From an uncultured Acidimicrobiales bacterium (lineage in GTDB: Bacteria; Actinomycetota; Acidimicrobiia; Acidimicrobiales; SHLQ01): DNA of 64,000 bases. Location: positions 6,466-70,465 of the forward strand of contig CAYMJU010000207.1 of assembly GCA_964390555.1 (NCBI GenBank), read 5' to 3'. Positions 8,968 to 17,034 of the stretch are shown in pieces. How positions within the stretch are numbered: the stretch's first letter is position 1; the number at the start of each line of letters is the position of its first letter. The notes beneath the pieces were generated by a model. The model was not told the DNA's origin. It saw only the letters and a program-made list of their open reading frames with translations, and ran no database searches. A program made the translations under genes and the position numbers.

Positions 8968-9227
8968 GCCGTTGGACCGTAGCTGACCCGGCCGGGCCCG
9001 AGATGGACGTAGCGTACGCGGGTGGTTGGGGGCTCTACCCGGCCGGCGGTCGACGCGTCCGCGGGCGCGTCGGATGGGTTGTGGTCCTATCGGGGGCTGT
9101 CACACCCCCCGAACCCACCACAGCGTCCCGTATCAGGACAGCGGCCACACCGTCACCGACGAACTCCGACTCAAATGCTCTGAACCACCGAGAGCACCAC
9201 AAGCGAGCGGCCTGACTCCCTACTGAG

Positions 9228-9630
9228 CTACGGCACCAGGACTAGGGGGACGGGGAGTTGGCGGCGGGCCCAGCGGGCCGAGAGCCGTCGGAGGGAACCG
9301 CCGTCGCGGCCGCTCACAAACACCAGCGACGCGCCCGTCGCGCGGGCGGCCTCGCGGATCTGACGGCGCACGTTGCGGGTCTCGCTACCGATGAGGCGCT
9401 GGCGGACATTCACGCCCCGGATACCGAGGCGGAACGCCACCAGGTCGACCAGGCGCTCGGCGTCGACCGAGGTCTCGACGTGTCGCACGCCGAGGTGGGT
9501 GTGCTCGGCCCGGCGAGGGTGGAACAGCGCCACCCTTGGCATCGCCGGTGCGAGCGAGGTCGGCGCACATGTCCCGGGCGCGCTCGGCCGATTCGTAGTC
9601 ATCCACCGCGAGCAGGATCCGGTTGGACAT
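9228..9630 (-). pseudogene. universal stress protein, apparent frameshift
   Basis: ATG 9630 opens MSNRILLAVDDYESAERARDMCADLA (USP-like N-terminus). That frame becomes Pro/Arg-rich after about 9545 and stops at 9385. The USP-like continuation (RVALFHP...GASLVFVSGRDGGSLRRL...LVLVP*) is in another frame and ends at 9228. Confidence 0.5.
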
Positions 9631-9661
9631 CTCCCCATCATCGGGCAGTGGTGCTGGAAAG

Positions 9662-10477
9662 TTAGAGCGACTCATGCCACACCACCGGGAAGTCACGATC
9701 GTCGAGGGGACCGCCGCCGACCGGGGCCTCGCGGCTGTAGATCGGGTGCCGTACCGTCGAGTGGTGGCGGCTTCCGATCCAGCCGAAGTGGGCGACCACG
9801 CTGCGGCGCTGGCGCGTGGGCGAGGCGTTGGGCGGACTGCCGTGGAACGTCCACCCGTGATGCACCGCGACGCCACCGGCACTCACTTCGATCGGCGTGA
9901 GCAGCGAATCGAAGTCGGCATCAGAGGGGGCCGAGGCGCGGGCGTGGGCGAGCCAGTCGTCGGGCGCGTGGAAGTTGTCGACCATCGGAGCGGGCGGCCA
10001 GCGGTGCGAGCCACGCACGTACCAGACCGTGCCGGCGTCGGCCGCGGTGTCGTCGAGCGCCATCCAACACGTCGTCATGTTCACCGGGTCGAGCCAGCCG
10101 TTGTAGGCGTTGTCCTGGTGGGCGCCGAGCGCCAACCCGTTCGGCGGCTTCCAGAGCACGTTGTCCTGGAGGATCCGGACCCCATCGAGGCCCGCGAGCC
10201 GGGCGACGAGCTCACCGATCCTCGGCGACAGAACCGTTGCGGCGACGGTCGGGTCGGCCCTCCAGGTGTTGCACAACTGGCGCGTACGGTCCGGCGACGT
10301 GACTCCGTGCGTGTAGTTGACCTCGTCGGGCGGGGTCCCGGTCACCCACGCGTGATCGAAGAACAGCGGCTCGAATCGCGCCCGCAACGCGCCGACCGTT
10401 GCCGTGTCGAGCACGTCGGGGATCACCACGAACCCGTCGCGCTCGAATGACTCGACCTGCTCGTCGGTCGGGACCAC
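9662..10477 (-). CDS. phytanoyl-CoA dioxygenase (PhyH) family Fe(II)/2-oxoglutarate oxygenase
   Basis: PhyH-like layout: FERDGFVVIPDVL near the N-terminus, HQDNAY (HxD iron ligands) and a later GSH. Confidence 0.8.
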   Translation of the reverse strand: MVPTDEQVESFERDGFVVIPDVLDTATVGALRARFEPLFFDHAWVTGTPPDEVNYTHGVTSPDRTRQLCNTWRADPTVAATVLSPRIGELVARLAGLDGVRILQDNVLWKPPNGLALGAHQDNAYNGWLDPVNMTTCWMALDDTAADAGTVWYVRGSHRWPPAPMVDNFHAPDDWLAHARASAPSDADFDSLLTPIEVSAGGVAVHHGWTFHGSPPNASPTRQRRSVVAHFGWIGSRHHSTVRHPIYSREAPVGGGPLDDRDFPVVWHESL

Positions 10478-10489
10478 GACGACCGTCGC

Positions 10490-11317
10490 TCAGTTGAACC
10501 GGGGCGCCGGTGGCATCTCGGCGACCTGACGGGCGAGCGCGGCATCGAGATCGGCCCGGCGCTCGGCGTGGCGGGGGCCGTCGTCGTCGTGGGTGAGGAT
10601 GAGGAAGCGGTCGGCTTCGACCGCGTCGGCCACGATCGGACCGACCGCGTCGGCGGCGATCCCGGACGACAGCATGTAGTCGGGCATGTGGAACCACGGC
10701 ACCCCATCGGGCACGCCCGAGATGCGGGCGTGCTCGCCGAGGTTGGTGTGGATCACGCCGGGGCACAGCACCGACACGCCGATGCCCTGCGCCTTGAGGT
10801 ACACGTACAGGCCCTCGGTGAGCCCGAAGGCGGCAAATTTGGACGTGATGTACGGGATGGCGTCCCAGCTGTACGCGTAGAGCCCGGCCACCGACGCGGT
10901 GGTCACGACATGACCCGAGCCCCGCTCCTGCATGTGTGGCACGAACGCCTGGATGCCGCGGATCACGCCGAGCACGTTGACCTCGAAGATCCACCGCCAG
11001 TCGTCGAGTGGCACCCGCTCGGGCGGCCCGAGCACCGCGACGCCGGCGTTGTTCATCACCAGGTCGACGTGACCCATGGTCTCGAGGGCCCGATCCCGCA
11101 GCGCAGTCACATCGTCGTCGCTCGTGACGTCGCACCGCACACCGATCGCCCGGCGGCCGAACCCCTCGATCTCGGCCACGACCTCGGCCATGCGTTCGTC
11201 GTGGATGTCGGCGACCACCACGTCGGCGCCCCGGCGGGCGAACTCGACCGCGCACGATCGCCCGATGCCGCTCGCACCCCCAGTGACCACCGCCACCGCC
11301 CCTGCTTCGATCTTCAT
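10490..11317 (-). CDS. SDR family oxidoreductase
   Basis: TGGASGIG cofactor motif, NNAG, and the catalytic YxxxK region (YITSKFA). Start at MKIEAGAVAVVTGG. Confidence 0.85.
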   Translation of the reverse strand: MKIEAGAVAVVTGGASGIGRSCAVEFARRGADVVVADIHDERMAEVVAEIEGFGRRAIGVRCDVTSDDDVTALRDRALETMGHVDLVMNNAGVAVLGPPERVPLDDWRWIFEVNVLGVIRGIQAFVPHMQERGSGHVVTTASVAGLYAYSWDAIPYITSKFAAFGLTEGLYVYLKAQGIGVSVLCPGVIHTNLGEHARISGVPDGVPWFHMPDYMLSSGIAADAVGPIVADAVEADRFLILTHDDDGPRHAERRADLDAALARQVAEMPPAPRFN

Positions 11318-11407
11318 GCGCCCATCATCGCCCAACCTGTCGCGGTACACCGGACATGGTCCGGCCGACCGCGACAAGTTGAGTGATGCGGGATGTGGCC
11401 CAGATCC

Positions 11408-12292
11408 TTACGGGCAGAGCACTTGGAGGGTGAAGGCTTCGGTAGTGCCCAGTTCGGTCTCGGCACCAGCACTGTTGTAGGTCCGGATGAAGAGCGCGTT
11501 GAGCGTGGTGTCGCTCTCGAGCTCGGCGCTGATCTCGCCGGGATTTGCTGCGCCTCCGGCCTTGTCCTGGAGGGTGGCCAGCCAGCCACACGTGTTTACG
11601 TTGCGGTTGAAGATCACCCGGTAGAGACCTGCGTTCACTCGTGACACAGCCGTGACCCCCACGCCGCCGCGGATGACGTTGGGCGCCGCTGCACCGTTGG
11701 AACCGACGGTCACCCAGATGCTGCGGGCGTTGATCTCGGTCTCGGTGAAGTAGCGGTCGTCGTGGTTGTGGTTGTACAAGATCCCCGTCACGTCGGCGAT
11801 CACGTCGACGGTGCCGCCGTTGTTGTAGATGCACACCGTGCCCGTCGCCGACAGCCGGACCGACGCGCTGTTGAACGAGATCCGGCCCGGGAACGGGTTG
11901 AGCGTCGAGGCGTTCGGGCGGGTGGCGTCGCACGGGAACACCGTGAGGAACGTGTCAGCCGAAGCGTTGACGGCCGTGATGTTGAGCACCGCACCGACAA
12001 GACCGCCGGCGATCGCGCAGCCACCCTGGCCGGTGGCACCCGCGACCTGGAGGGTCAAGGTCTGGCCCCCCGTCAGCGGAGCGGCCGGCGCGCCGGTGGG
12101 ACCGTTGGTTCCGGGGGCGTTGCGGGTCTCGAGGATGCGGCACGGCGTGACCGGCTCGACGACCGGCCGAGGATCGGCACCCGGCGCGGCGCCGGAGATC
12201 GATACCCGGCCGAGCATCATGCCCGTGATCGCCGACACGAGGATGCAGGCGGCGATGAGCAGCACCGGCCGCTTGATCAGAGTTCTTGCCAT
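11408..12292 (-). CDS. secreted/membrane-anchored hypothetical protein
   Basis: ATG 12292 preceded by AGGAGA with 7-nt spacing. N-terminal hydrophobic anchor (RPVLLIAACILVSAITGMML). Cys-containing, Gly/Thr/Asn-rich extracellular-type sequence. Confidence 0.55.
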   Translation of the reverse strand: MARTLIKRPVLLIAACILVSAITGMMLGRVSISGAAPGADPRPVVEPVTPCRILETRNAPGTNGPTGAPAAPLTGGQTLTLQVAGATGQGGCAIAGGLVGAVLNITAVNASADTFLTVFPCDATRPNASTLNPFPGRISFNSASVRLSATGTVCIYNNGGTVDVIADVTGILYNHNHDDRYFTETEINARSIWVTVGSNGAAAPNVIRGGVGVTAVSRVNAGLYRVIFNRNVNTCGWLATLQDKAGGAANPGEISAELESDTTLNALFIRTYNSAGAETELGTTEAFTLQVLCP

Positions 12293-12372
12293 GTTGAGTT
12301 CTCCTGTTCGAGGCGGCGGCTTGGTCGCCACCCGCGGACCCTACTCCTGATCTGATACCACCCGGCTGCAAT

Positions 12373-12465
12373 GGTCGCTTTCCCCCGTCTCGCCGCGTAC
12401 GCATGAAATCACAGGAAACAGAGTTTCTTCACGTTCAACTCCAGCCGAGACGCACCAGACCACGA
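12373..12465 (+). repeat. copy A of the 92/93-nt direct repeat (orphan copy of the tdm-operon promoter/leader)
   Basis: Nucleotides 12410-12465 are identical over 56 nt to 16968-17023. The preceding 37 nt differ by 4 substitutions and 1 indel. Confidence 0.9.
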
Positions 12466-12526
12466 CGAACATCTGCGACACAACGAACGTCAGCCCGGCG
12501 GTATCGGTCCGCACAAGCGGGCTACC

Positions 12527-13475
12527 TCAGAGCAGGTCGTCGATCACCGGGATCCAGAGGTCGGCGAGGATGGCGTAGCCGTCGCCGTTGGGATGGATCA
12601 GGTCCGGGGCCATTCTCGACTCATCCGTCCAGAACGGCGCGTTGGTGTCGACGGTTCGCACACCGTGCTCCGCCGCGACCTCTTCGACGACGCGGTCGAG
12701 GCGCTCGCTCATGGCGGACATCTGCTGGATCTCCTCGACGGTGATCTCCGACACGACGGCGTTGAGTGCGTCGAGGTCGAGCGCGATTGGACGCAGTGAC
12801 TGGTCGTCGGGGAGACCGAGGACCACCACCGCTCCGGCCTGGGACAGCTCGCTGACCGTGCGGTCGAGGTTGGTGCGGAAGGTCTCCTCTGACGCATCCT
12901 CCTCGGCGGGTGACGTTCCCTCGGGCGAGCCGTACGCGTACAGGAACCACATGTCGTTCGAACCGATCAGCACGGTGACCAACACCGCCCGCCCGTCCGC
13001 GACGGCCGCCGTCACCGTTTCGACCGCGGCCGGCAGTTGACCCGGCGAGCCGTCTTGGCCCTCCACCATCCCCGTGCTGTGCCAGCCCGAGACCCCGAGG
13101 TTCACGAGCGACGTGCCCGCACGGCCCGACATCGCCCCGATCGACTCGGTCAGGCGTCCCACGAAGCCCAACCCGGTGTCGTCGCCTTCGCCGTAGGTCA
13201 GGCTGTCACCGAGCGCGACAACGGTGACGGGCCCCTCCCCGAGTGTGGTCGTCGGCGCCGCAGTCGGCCCGGTCCCTGCTGGAACCGTGCTGGTCGGCGC
13301 CTCCGTGTTGGTCGACTCGTCGGTCGCGTCGACCGCCGCGTCATCGGCCACATCCGGGTCGGAGCTGCCGCACCCGGCCGTGAACGCGACGAGGGCCACG
13401 ACCACCAACGTTCGACAGCACGGCCTCCTACTCCACGAGGCTTGCCGCCAAGTCGCGCGGTGACGAATCGGCATG
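12527..13475 (-). CDS. SGNH/GDSL hydrolase lipoprotein
   Basis: Lipobox FTAGC after a basic/hydrophobic N-terminus. Block I GDSLTYG, block III GSND, C-terminal DLIHPN (DxxH). Confidence 0.8.
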
Positions 13476-13497
13476 GGGTCGGAGGTGCGGGCGGGGG

Positions 13498-15219
13498 TCA
13501 TGGACGATCGTGCCCTTCGGCGGTGGGTGGAGGAGGTGGCGGTTGGAGATGGGCCGCTGCCGGCGCCGGCGTGACCGTTGTCGTCCCGCGACGGTTCGCG
13601 GCGTAGAGGGCGAATCCCGCGACGAGGAGCGCCGCGGCGGCGATGACCAAGGCGATCACGGCCAGCGACGAAGTCGCGTCGTCGTCGGTGTCGGACGCCG
13701 TGGCCGTTGTCGCGACCGCCGACGGGCTCGAGGTGGCCGCGCTGCCGGACGGCGCCGAGGTCTCGCCGGCGCCCGGGCTGGTCGACGCGCTGATGGGCGC
13801 GGCGCCGACCAGCTCGTCGGACAGGCCGTTGATGTACTCCTCGATCGCCGTGTAGCCGGACGACATCACCGTGGCATGGTCGTCGCCGTTCGCGGGATCG
13901 AGGCCGTTGTCGGACTCCCATGCGTCGGCCATGCCGTCGGCGTCGGCGTCGGCCGGCGCCTCACCCGGGGTCAACCCGGCGATCAGGTCCTCCGGTGGGT
14001 TCGGCGTCCAGTCGCCGCCGCCCGTGCGGACGTCGTCGACCGTCTCCAAGGTCATCTCGTCGCGAGGGAACGCGCCCGCCGAGGTGAGCACCGATTCGTA
14101 CGCGTCTCCGGGCGTCTGTATGGAGACCGGCTGGTAGGTCACGGCCTCGGTCGTGAAGTCCGTTGGTTCCGAGATGATCTGGCTCGCGTCGGTCCCGGCG
14201 GAGAACGCCGCCTCGGCAAGCGGCGTGGTCGAGATGTCGTCGACGATCCCCTCGAACTGGCCGGGTGCGGTGATCTGGTTCTGGTACAGCCAGTAAGTGG
14301 TGCCTCCGGGCTCCTCGTCGTCGAAGAACATCGGCGTGAAGTTCTCGTGGCTCGGGCCGTGGATGAACGTGTTGCCGGCGATGTGGAACTCGCCGGAGGC
14401 GGGGTTGTGGTGGACCATCGCGTCCTGGCAGTCGTACATGACGCTGTTGATCAGCTCGACCGGCCCGGTGGCGAGCGCCGGGCAGCGAGCCTCGTGATGG
14501 GCGAAGAGCACGTGGTGAACGGTGAAGCGGGGGCTGTCCGGCCCGGCTATGAGCCCGTCGTTGTGCGAAGGCTCGGCGCCCTCGGGGTTGGACTGCTCGA
14601 TCGTGGTCCACTGCACGGTCGAGTCGGGCGAGAACTCGTACATGTCGAGCGTCTCGTCGCTGCCCCACGACAGCGAGAGGTGATCGAGGATGGTGCTGGG
14701 GTTGCCGCCCAGTTGTAGGGCGTCGTAGCGGGACGCGAGATCGTCGACGGCACCCTCTTCATCGTTGATCGGGGGCGGCCGGAAGCGGACGTGGCGGATG
14801 ATGATGTTTCCCCCGGCCCCGTATCCGTCAACGCGGCCGTGGATGGTGATCCCGGCGCCCGGTGCTGTCTGGCCGGCGATGGTGACGTCGCCGCAACGGA
14901 GCTCCATGTCGTACTTGGGTCCCGGCACCTCGATGACGCCGCTGACCGCGAAGACCACGATCCGCGGGCGGCAGTCCTCCGGCGACAACGCATCACCGAG
15001 CGAACCGGGGCCGAATGGCTCGAGCGTGTCGACGATCACGACGTCTCCGCCCCGACCCCCGGTGGCGGAGGCTCCGAATCCCTCCGCGCCCGGAAACGCG
15101 ACGAGGTCGGGAACAGCGCCGGCGTGTCGGGTCGGAAGTCCGGCGGCGAGCACCGCCCCGGCGAGCGCGAGCACGGTCGCAACCGCGCGGTGCCGGCTCG
15201 TTCGATTCCTGCGGATCAT
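13498..15219 (-). CDS. pectate-lyase-fold (right-handed beta-helix) secreted protein with C-terminal membrane anchor
   Basis: Signal peptide (AVATVLALAGAVLAA). N-terminal FPGAEGFGASATGGRGG, typical of polysaccharide lyase family 1-like proteins. Ser/Thr/Ala linker, then hydrophobic segment LAVIALVIAAAALLVAGFALYA and a Pro-rich tail. ATGA overlap with the upstream gene. Confidence 0.6.
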   Translation of the reverse strand: MIRRNRTSRHRAVATVLALAGAVLAAGLPTRHAGAVPDLVAFPGAEGFGASATGGRGGDVVIVDTLEPFGPGSLGDALSPEDCRPRIVVFAVSGVIEVPGPKYDMELRCGDVTIAGQTAPGAGITIHGRVDGYGAGGNIIIRHVRFRPPPINDEEGAVDDLASRYDALQLGGNPSTILDHLSLSWGSDETLDMYEFSPDSTVQWTTIEQSNPEGAEPSHNDGLIAGPDSPRFTVHHVLFAHHEARCPALATGPVELINSVMYDCQDAMVHHNPASGEFHIAGNTFIHGPSHENFTPMFFDDEEPGGTTYWLYQNQITAPGQFEGIVDDISTTPLAEAAFSAGTDASQIISEPTDFTTEAVTYQPVSIQTPGDAYESVLTSAGAFPRDEMTLETVDDVRTGGGDWTPNPPEDLIAGLTPGEAPADADADGMADAWESDNGLDPANGDDHATVMSSGYTAIEEYINGLSDELVGAAPISASTSPGAGETSAPSGSAATSSPSAVATTATASDTDDDATSSLAVIALVIAAAALLVAGFALYAANRRGTTTVTPAPAAAHLQPPPPPPTAEGHDRP

Positions 15220-16736
15220 GACGGTGGCCGTTCGGCGGCACCCAGACCCACGGCGGGGCTGGCCGGGTCGAGCGAGAAGTCCCCGCCGGCCGGATCGACG
15301 AACATCGGGTCGACGCTGATGTTGCCCACGCCGTCGATGGCCTGTTGCGTGTCGGAGTTCGTCACCGTCAGATTGCAGCCGGCCGACACGATGTCGTCGC
15401 CACCGTTGCCCCAGAAGATTGATTTCGTCACGGTGATCTCGCATGGTGGAGCGCCTTCCTCGGAGATCGCGGCGAGGAGGGCTCCACCGTTGCCCGAGTT
15501 CGGGCAGTCCGTCTGGGCGATGGTGACGTTGACGAGGCGTGCCACCGTGGGGGTCTCCCCTCCCGAGTCGACCAGCATCTCGGTCCCGCCGTCGCCGGTG
15601 CACTCGTTCGCGTAGTACAACTCGTCGGTCAACGTCGCGTCTGCTCCGTCGTCGATGAACACCCCGGAGCCGGCCGCGACCGCGTAGTTGCCGGTTATCA
15701 CGTTGCCTTGGAGCGTGGCCATCGTGCCATCGCCGTAGACGATCATGCCGCCGCCCCAGCCGTAGCCGAGGACCTCGCCGATGCGGTTGCCCTCGATGTG
15801 ATTGCCGAGGACGCTCGGCTCACCGGCGAGGTAGAGGCCGCCGCCGTGATCGCCCACCGAGACGTTCCCGCTCACGGCGTTCCCCTGGATCGTCACCTTC
15901 CCGATCGACGAGATGCCCGAACCGCGACCGGCGCGGTTGTTCTCGATGACGTTGCCGATGATCGAGATGTCGTTGCCGTAGGTCGCGATGCCGCCACCCT
16001 CCGTCTCGCCCGGATCACCGTCGGCGTGGTCGACCGCGTTCGAATCGATCCGGTTGCCGACGATCGCCACGTCGGTCGACGCGGAGTCGATGTGCACCCC
16101 ACCGCCGAACCACCGGTACGTGTCGGTCGAGCCTCCACCGCCGGTGAGACGGAAACCCTCCACGCGGATGCCCCTCGACGCGGTGATCGAGACCACCGAC
16201 GTCTCGCTGGTCCCCTGGAGCACAGTCTCGTTGGCCTGCGAATCGCGGGCCGAGAAGTCGCCTCCCGCGGCGAAGCCACCGAGCAACGCCAGATCCTCGA
16301 CGCCGGCGAACACCACCGGCTCGGCGTAGATGCCGGCCGCGACTTGGATCGTGGTACCGGCGATCGCCACGCTCAGCGCGTCGGCCACCGATGGGAACGG
16401 CTGCGACACCGTGCCGTTGGCTGCTTCGCCACTCGCGCCGGAATCGACGCAGAGCACGGTCGCTCCGTCGCAGGGCAGTGCTGGTGCCGGGTTCGGAAGC
16501 GGGGGCAATGGAGCGGCTTCGACTCCAGGTGTGGATGCCGGCCCGCCGGTGTCGTCGGTCTCCGCAGAGGAGTCGGCCGCAGGGGCGTCGTCGCTCGGGG
16601 CCGTCGTGTCGACCACCTCGGGCGACTCCTGCGATGTTGAGGTCGACGAGTCGGTGCCGCAGCCGGCGGCGAGCGCGATGAGCGCGACCGATCCGATCAA
16701 CGCCCAACAGACCAGTGACGGCTTCGATCGGCGCAT
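15216..16736 (-). CDS. right-handed parallel beta-helix repeat lipoprotein
   Basis: Lipobox LAAGC. Acidic/Ser-Thr linker. Repeated GN-x-I/V beta-helix turns (IVGNRIDSN, IIGNVIENN, IQGNAVSGN, VLGNHIEGN, LQGNVITGN). Confidence 0.65.
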   Translation of the reverse strand: MRRSKPSLVCWALIGSVALIALAAGCGTDSSTSTSQESPEVVDTTAPSDDAPAADSSAETDDTGGPASTPGVEAAPLPPLPNPAPALPCDGATVLCVDSGASGEAANGTVSQPFPSVADALSVAIAGTTIQVAAGIYAEPVVFAGVEDLALLGGFAAGGDFSARDSQANETVLQGTSETSVVSITASRGIRVEGFRLTGGGGSTDTYRWFGGGVHIDSASTDVAIVGNRIDSNAVDHADGDPGETEGGGIATYGNDISIIGNVIENNRAGRGSGISSIGKVTIQGNAVSGNVSVGDHGGGLYLAGEPSVLGNHIEGNRIGEVLGYGWGGGMIVYGDGTMATLQGNVITGNYAVAAGSGVFIDDGADATLTDELYYANECTGDGGTEMLVDSGGETPTVARLVNVTIAQTDCPNSGNGGALLAAISEEGAPPCEITVTKSIFWGNGGDDIVSAGCNLTVTNSDTQQAIDGVGNISVDPMFVDPAGGDFSLDPASPAVGLGAAERPPS

Positions 16737-16931
16737 CCTCGAACCGTAGGCGATGGCGCCCTCGCCCCATGCTGGACGCGGTCGCGGCGGCGCATAGGAC
16801 GATGTGGCCGGTCGAGATCTCGCCCAACATGTACGCCCGAGCCGACCGATGCCCGCCAACCAGCGCGACGTAGCACGACATGGGCCGTCAGGAGGTCGAC
16901 AGCCTGAGCCAGGCGACAGACTCAGTCGACC

Positions 16932-17023
16932 GGTCGCTTTCGCCGGCTCGCCGCGTACGCATAGAATCACAGGAAACAGAGTTTCTTCACGTTCAACTCC
17001 AGCCGAGACGCACCAGACCACGA
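16932..17023 (+). repeat. copy B of the 92/93-nt direct repeat (functional promoter/5' leader of the tdm operon)
   Basis: See copy A. Copy B ends 11 nt before ATG 17035 and is followed by a GGGGGA Shine-Dalgarno-like run. Confidence 0.9.
16962..16985 (+). promoter_or_regulatory. putative -10 box (TAGAAT 16962-16967) followed by palindrome GAAAC-AGA-GTTTC (16973-16985)
   Basis: An AT-rich hexamer fitting TANNNT in otherwise GC-rich DNA. The perfect 5+3+5 palindrome overlaps the predicted transcription start, which is repressor-operator geometry. The promoter assignment is inferred. Confidence 0.45.
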
Positions 17024-17034
17024 GGGGGATACCG

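Noticed and set aside
8968-9227. 260-nt gene-free gap examined for a tRNA, sRNA or terminator
   Set aside because: No cloverleaf or conserved RNA motif is recognisable. It contains only a GC-rich hairpin (about 9050-9071, CGACGCG-N8-CGCGTCG) without a U-tract, and a loose long-range complementarity (9021-9033 versus 9105-9119). This is not enough to call a feature.
11350-11364. Perfect palindrome CCGGAC-ATG-GTCCGG between the secreted-protein gene and the SDR gene
   Set aside because: It could be a small terminator hairpin or an operator. However, it is short, unique in the window and lacks any supporting context, so it is noted only.
12403-12744. ORFs beginning inside the repeated leader (12403-12744 and 16880-17068) that share the peptide QETEFLHVQLQPRRTRPR
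   Set aside because: The shared peptide is a by-product of the nucleotide repeat. There is no Shine-Dalgarno sequence, the composition is Arg-rich, and 12403-12744 runs antisense to the SGNH hydrolase gene. A short leader peptide cannot be supported.
16972-16994. ECF-sigma-type promoter reading of GGAAAC ... CGTT in the repeated leader
   Set aside because: The spacer between GGAAAC and CGTT is only 12 nt. That is well short of the roughly 16-18 nt typical of ECF promoters. The palindromic operator or hairpin interpretation fits better.
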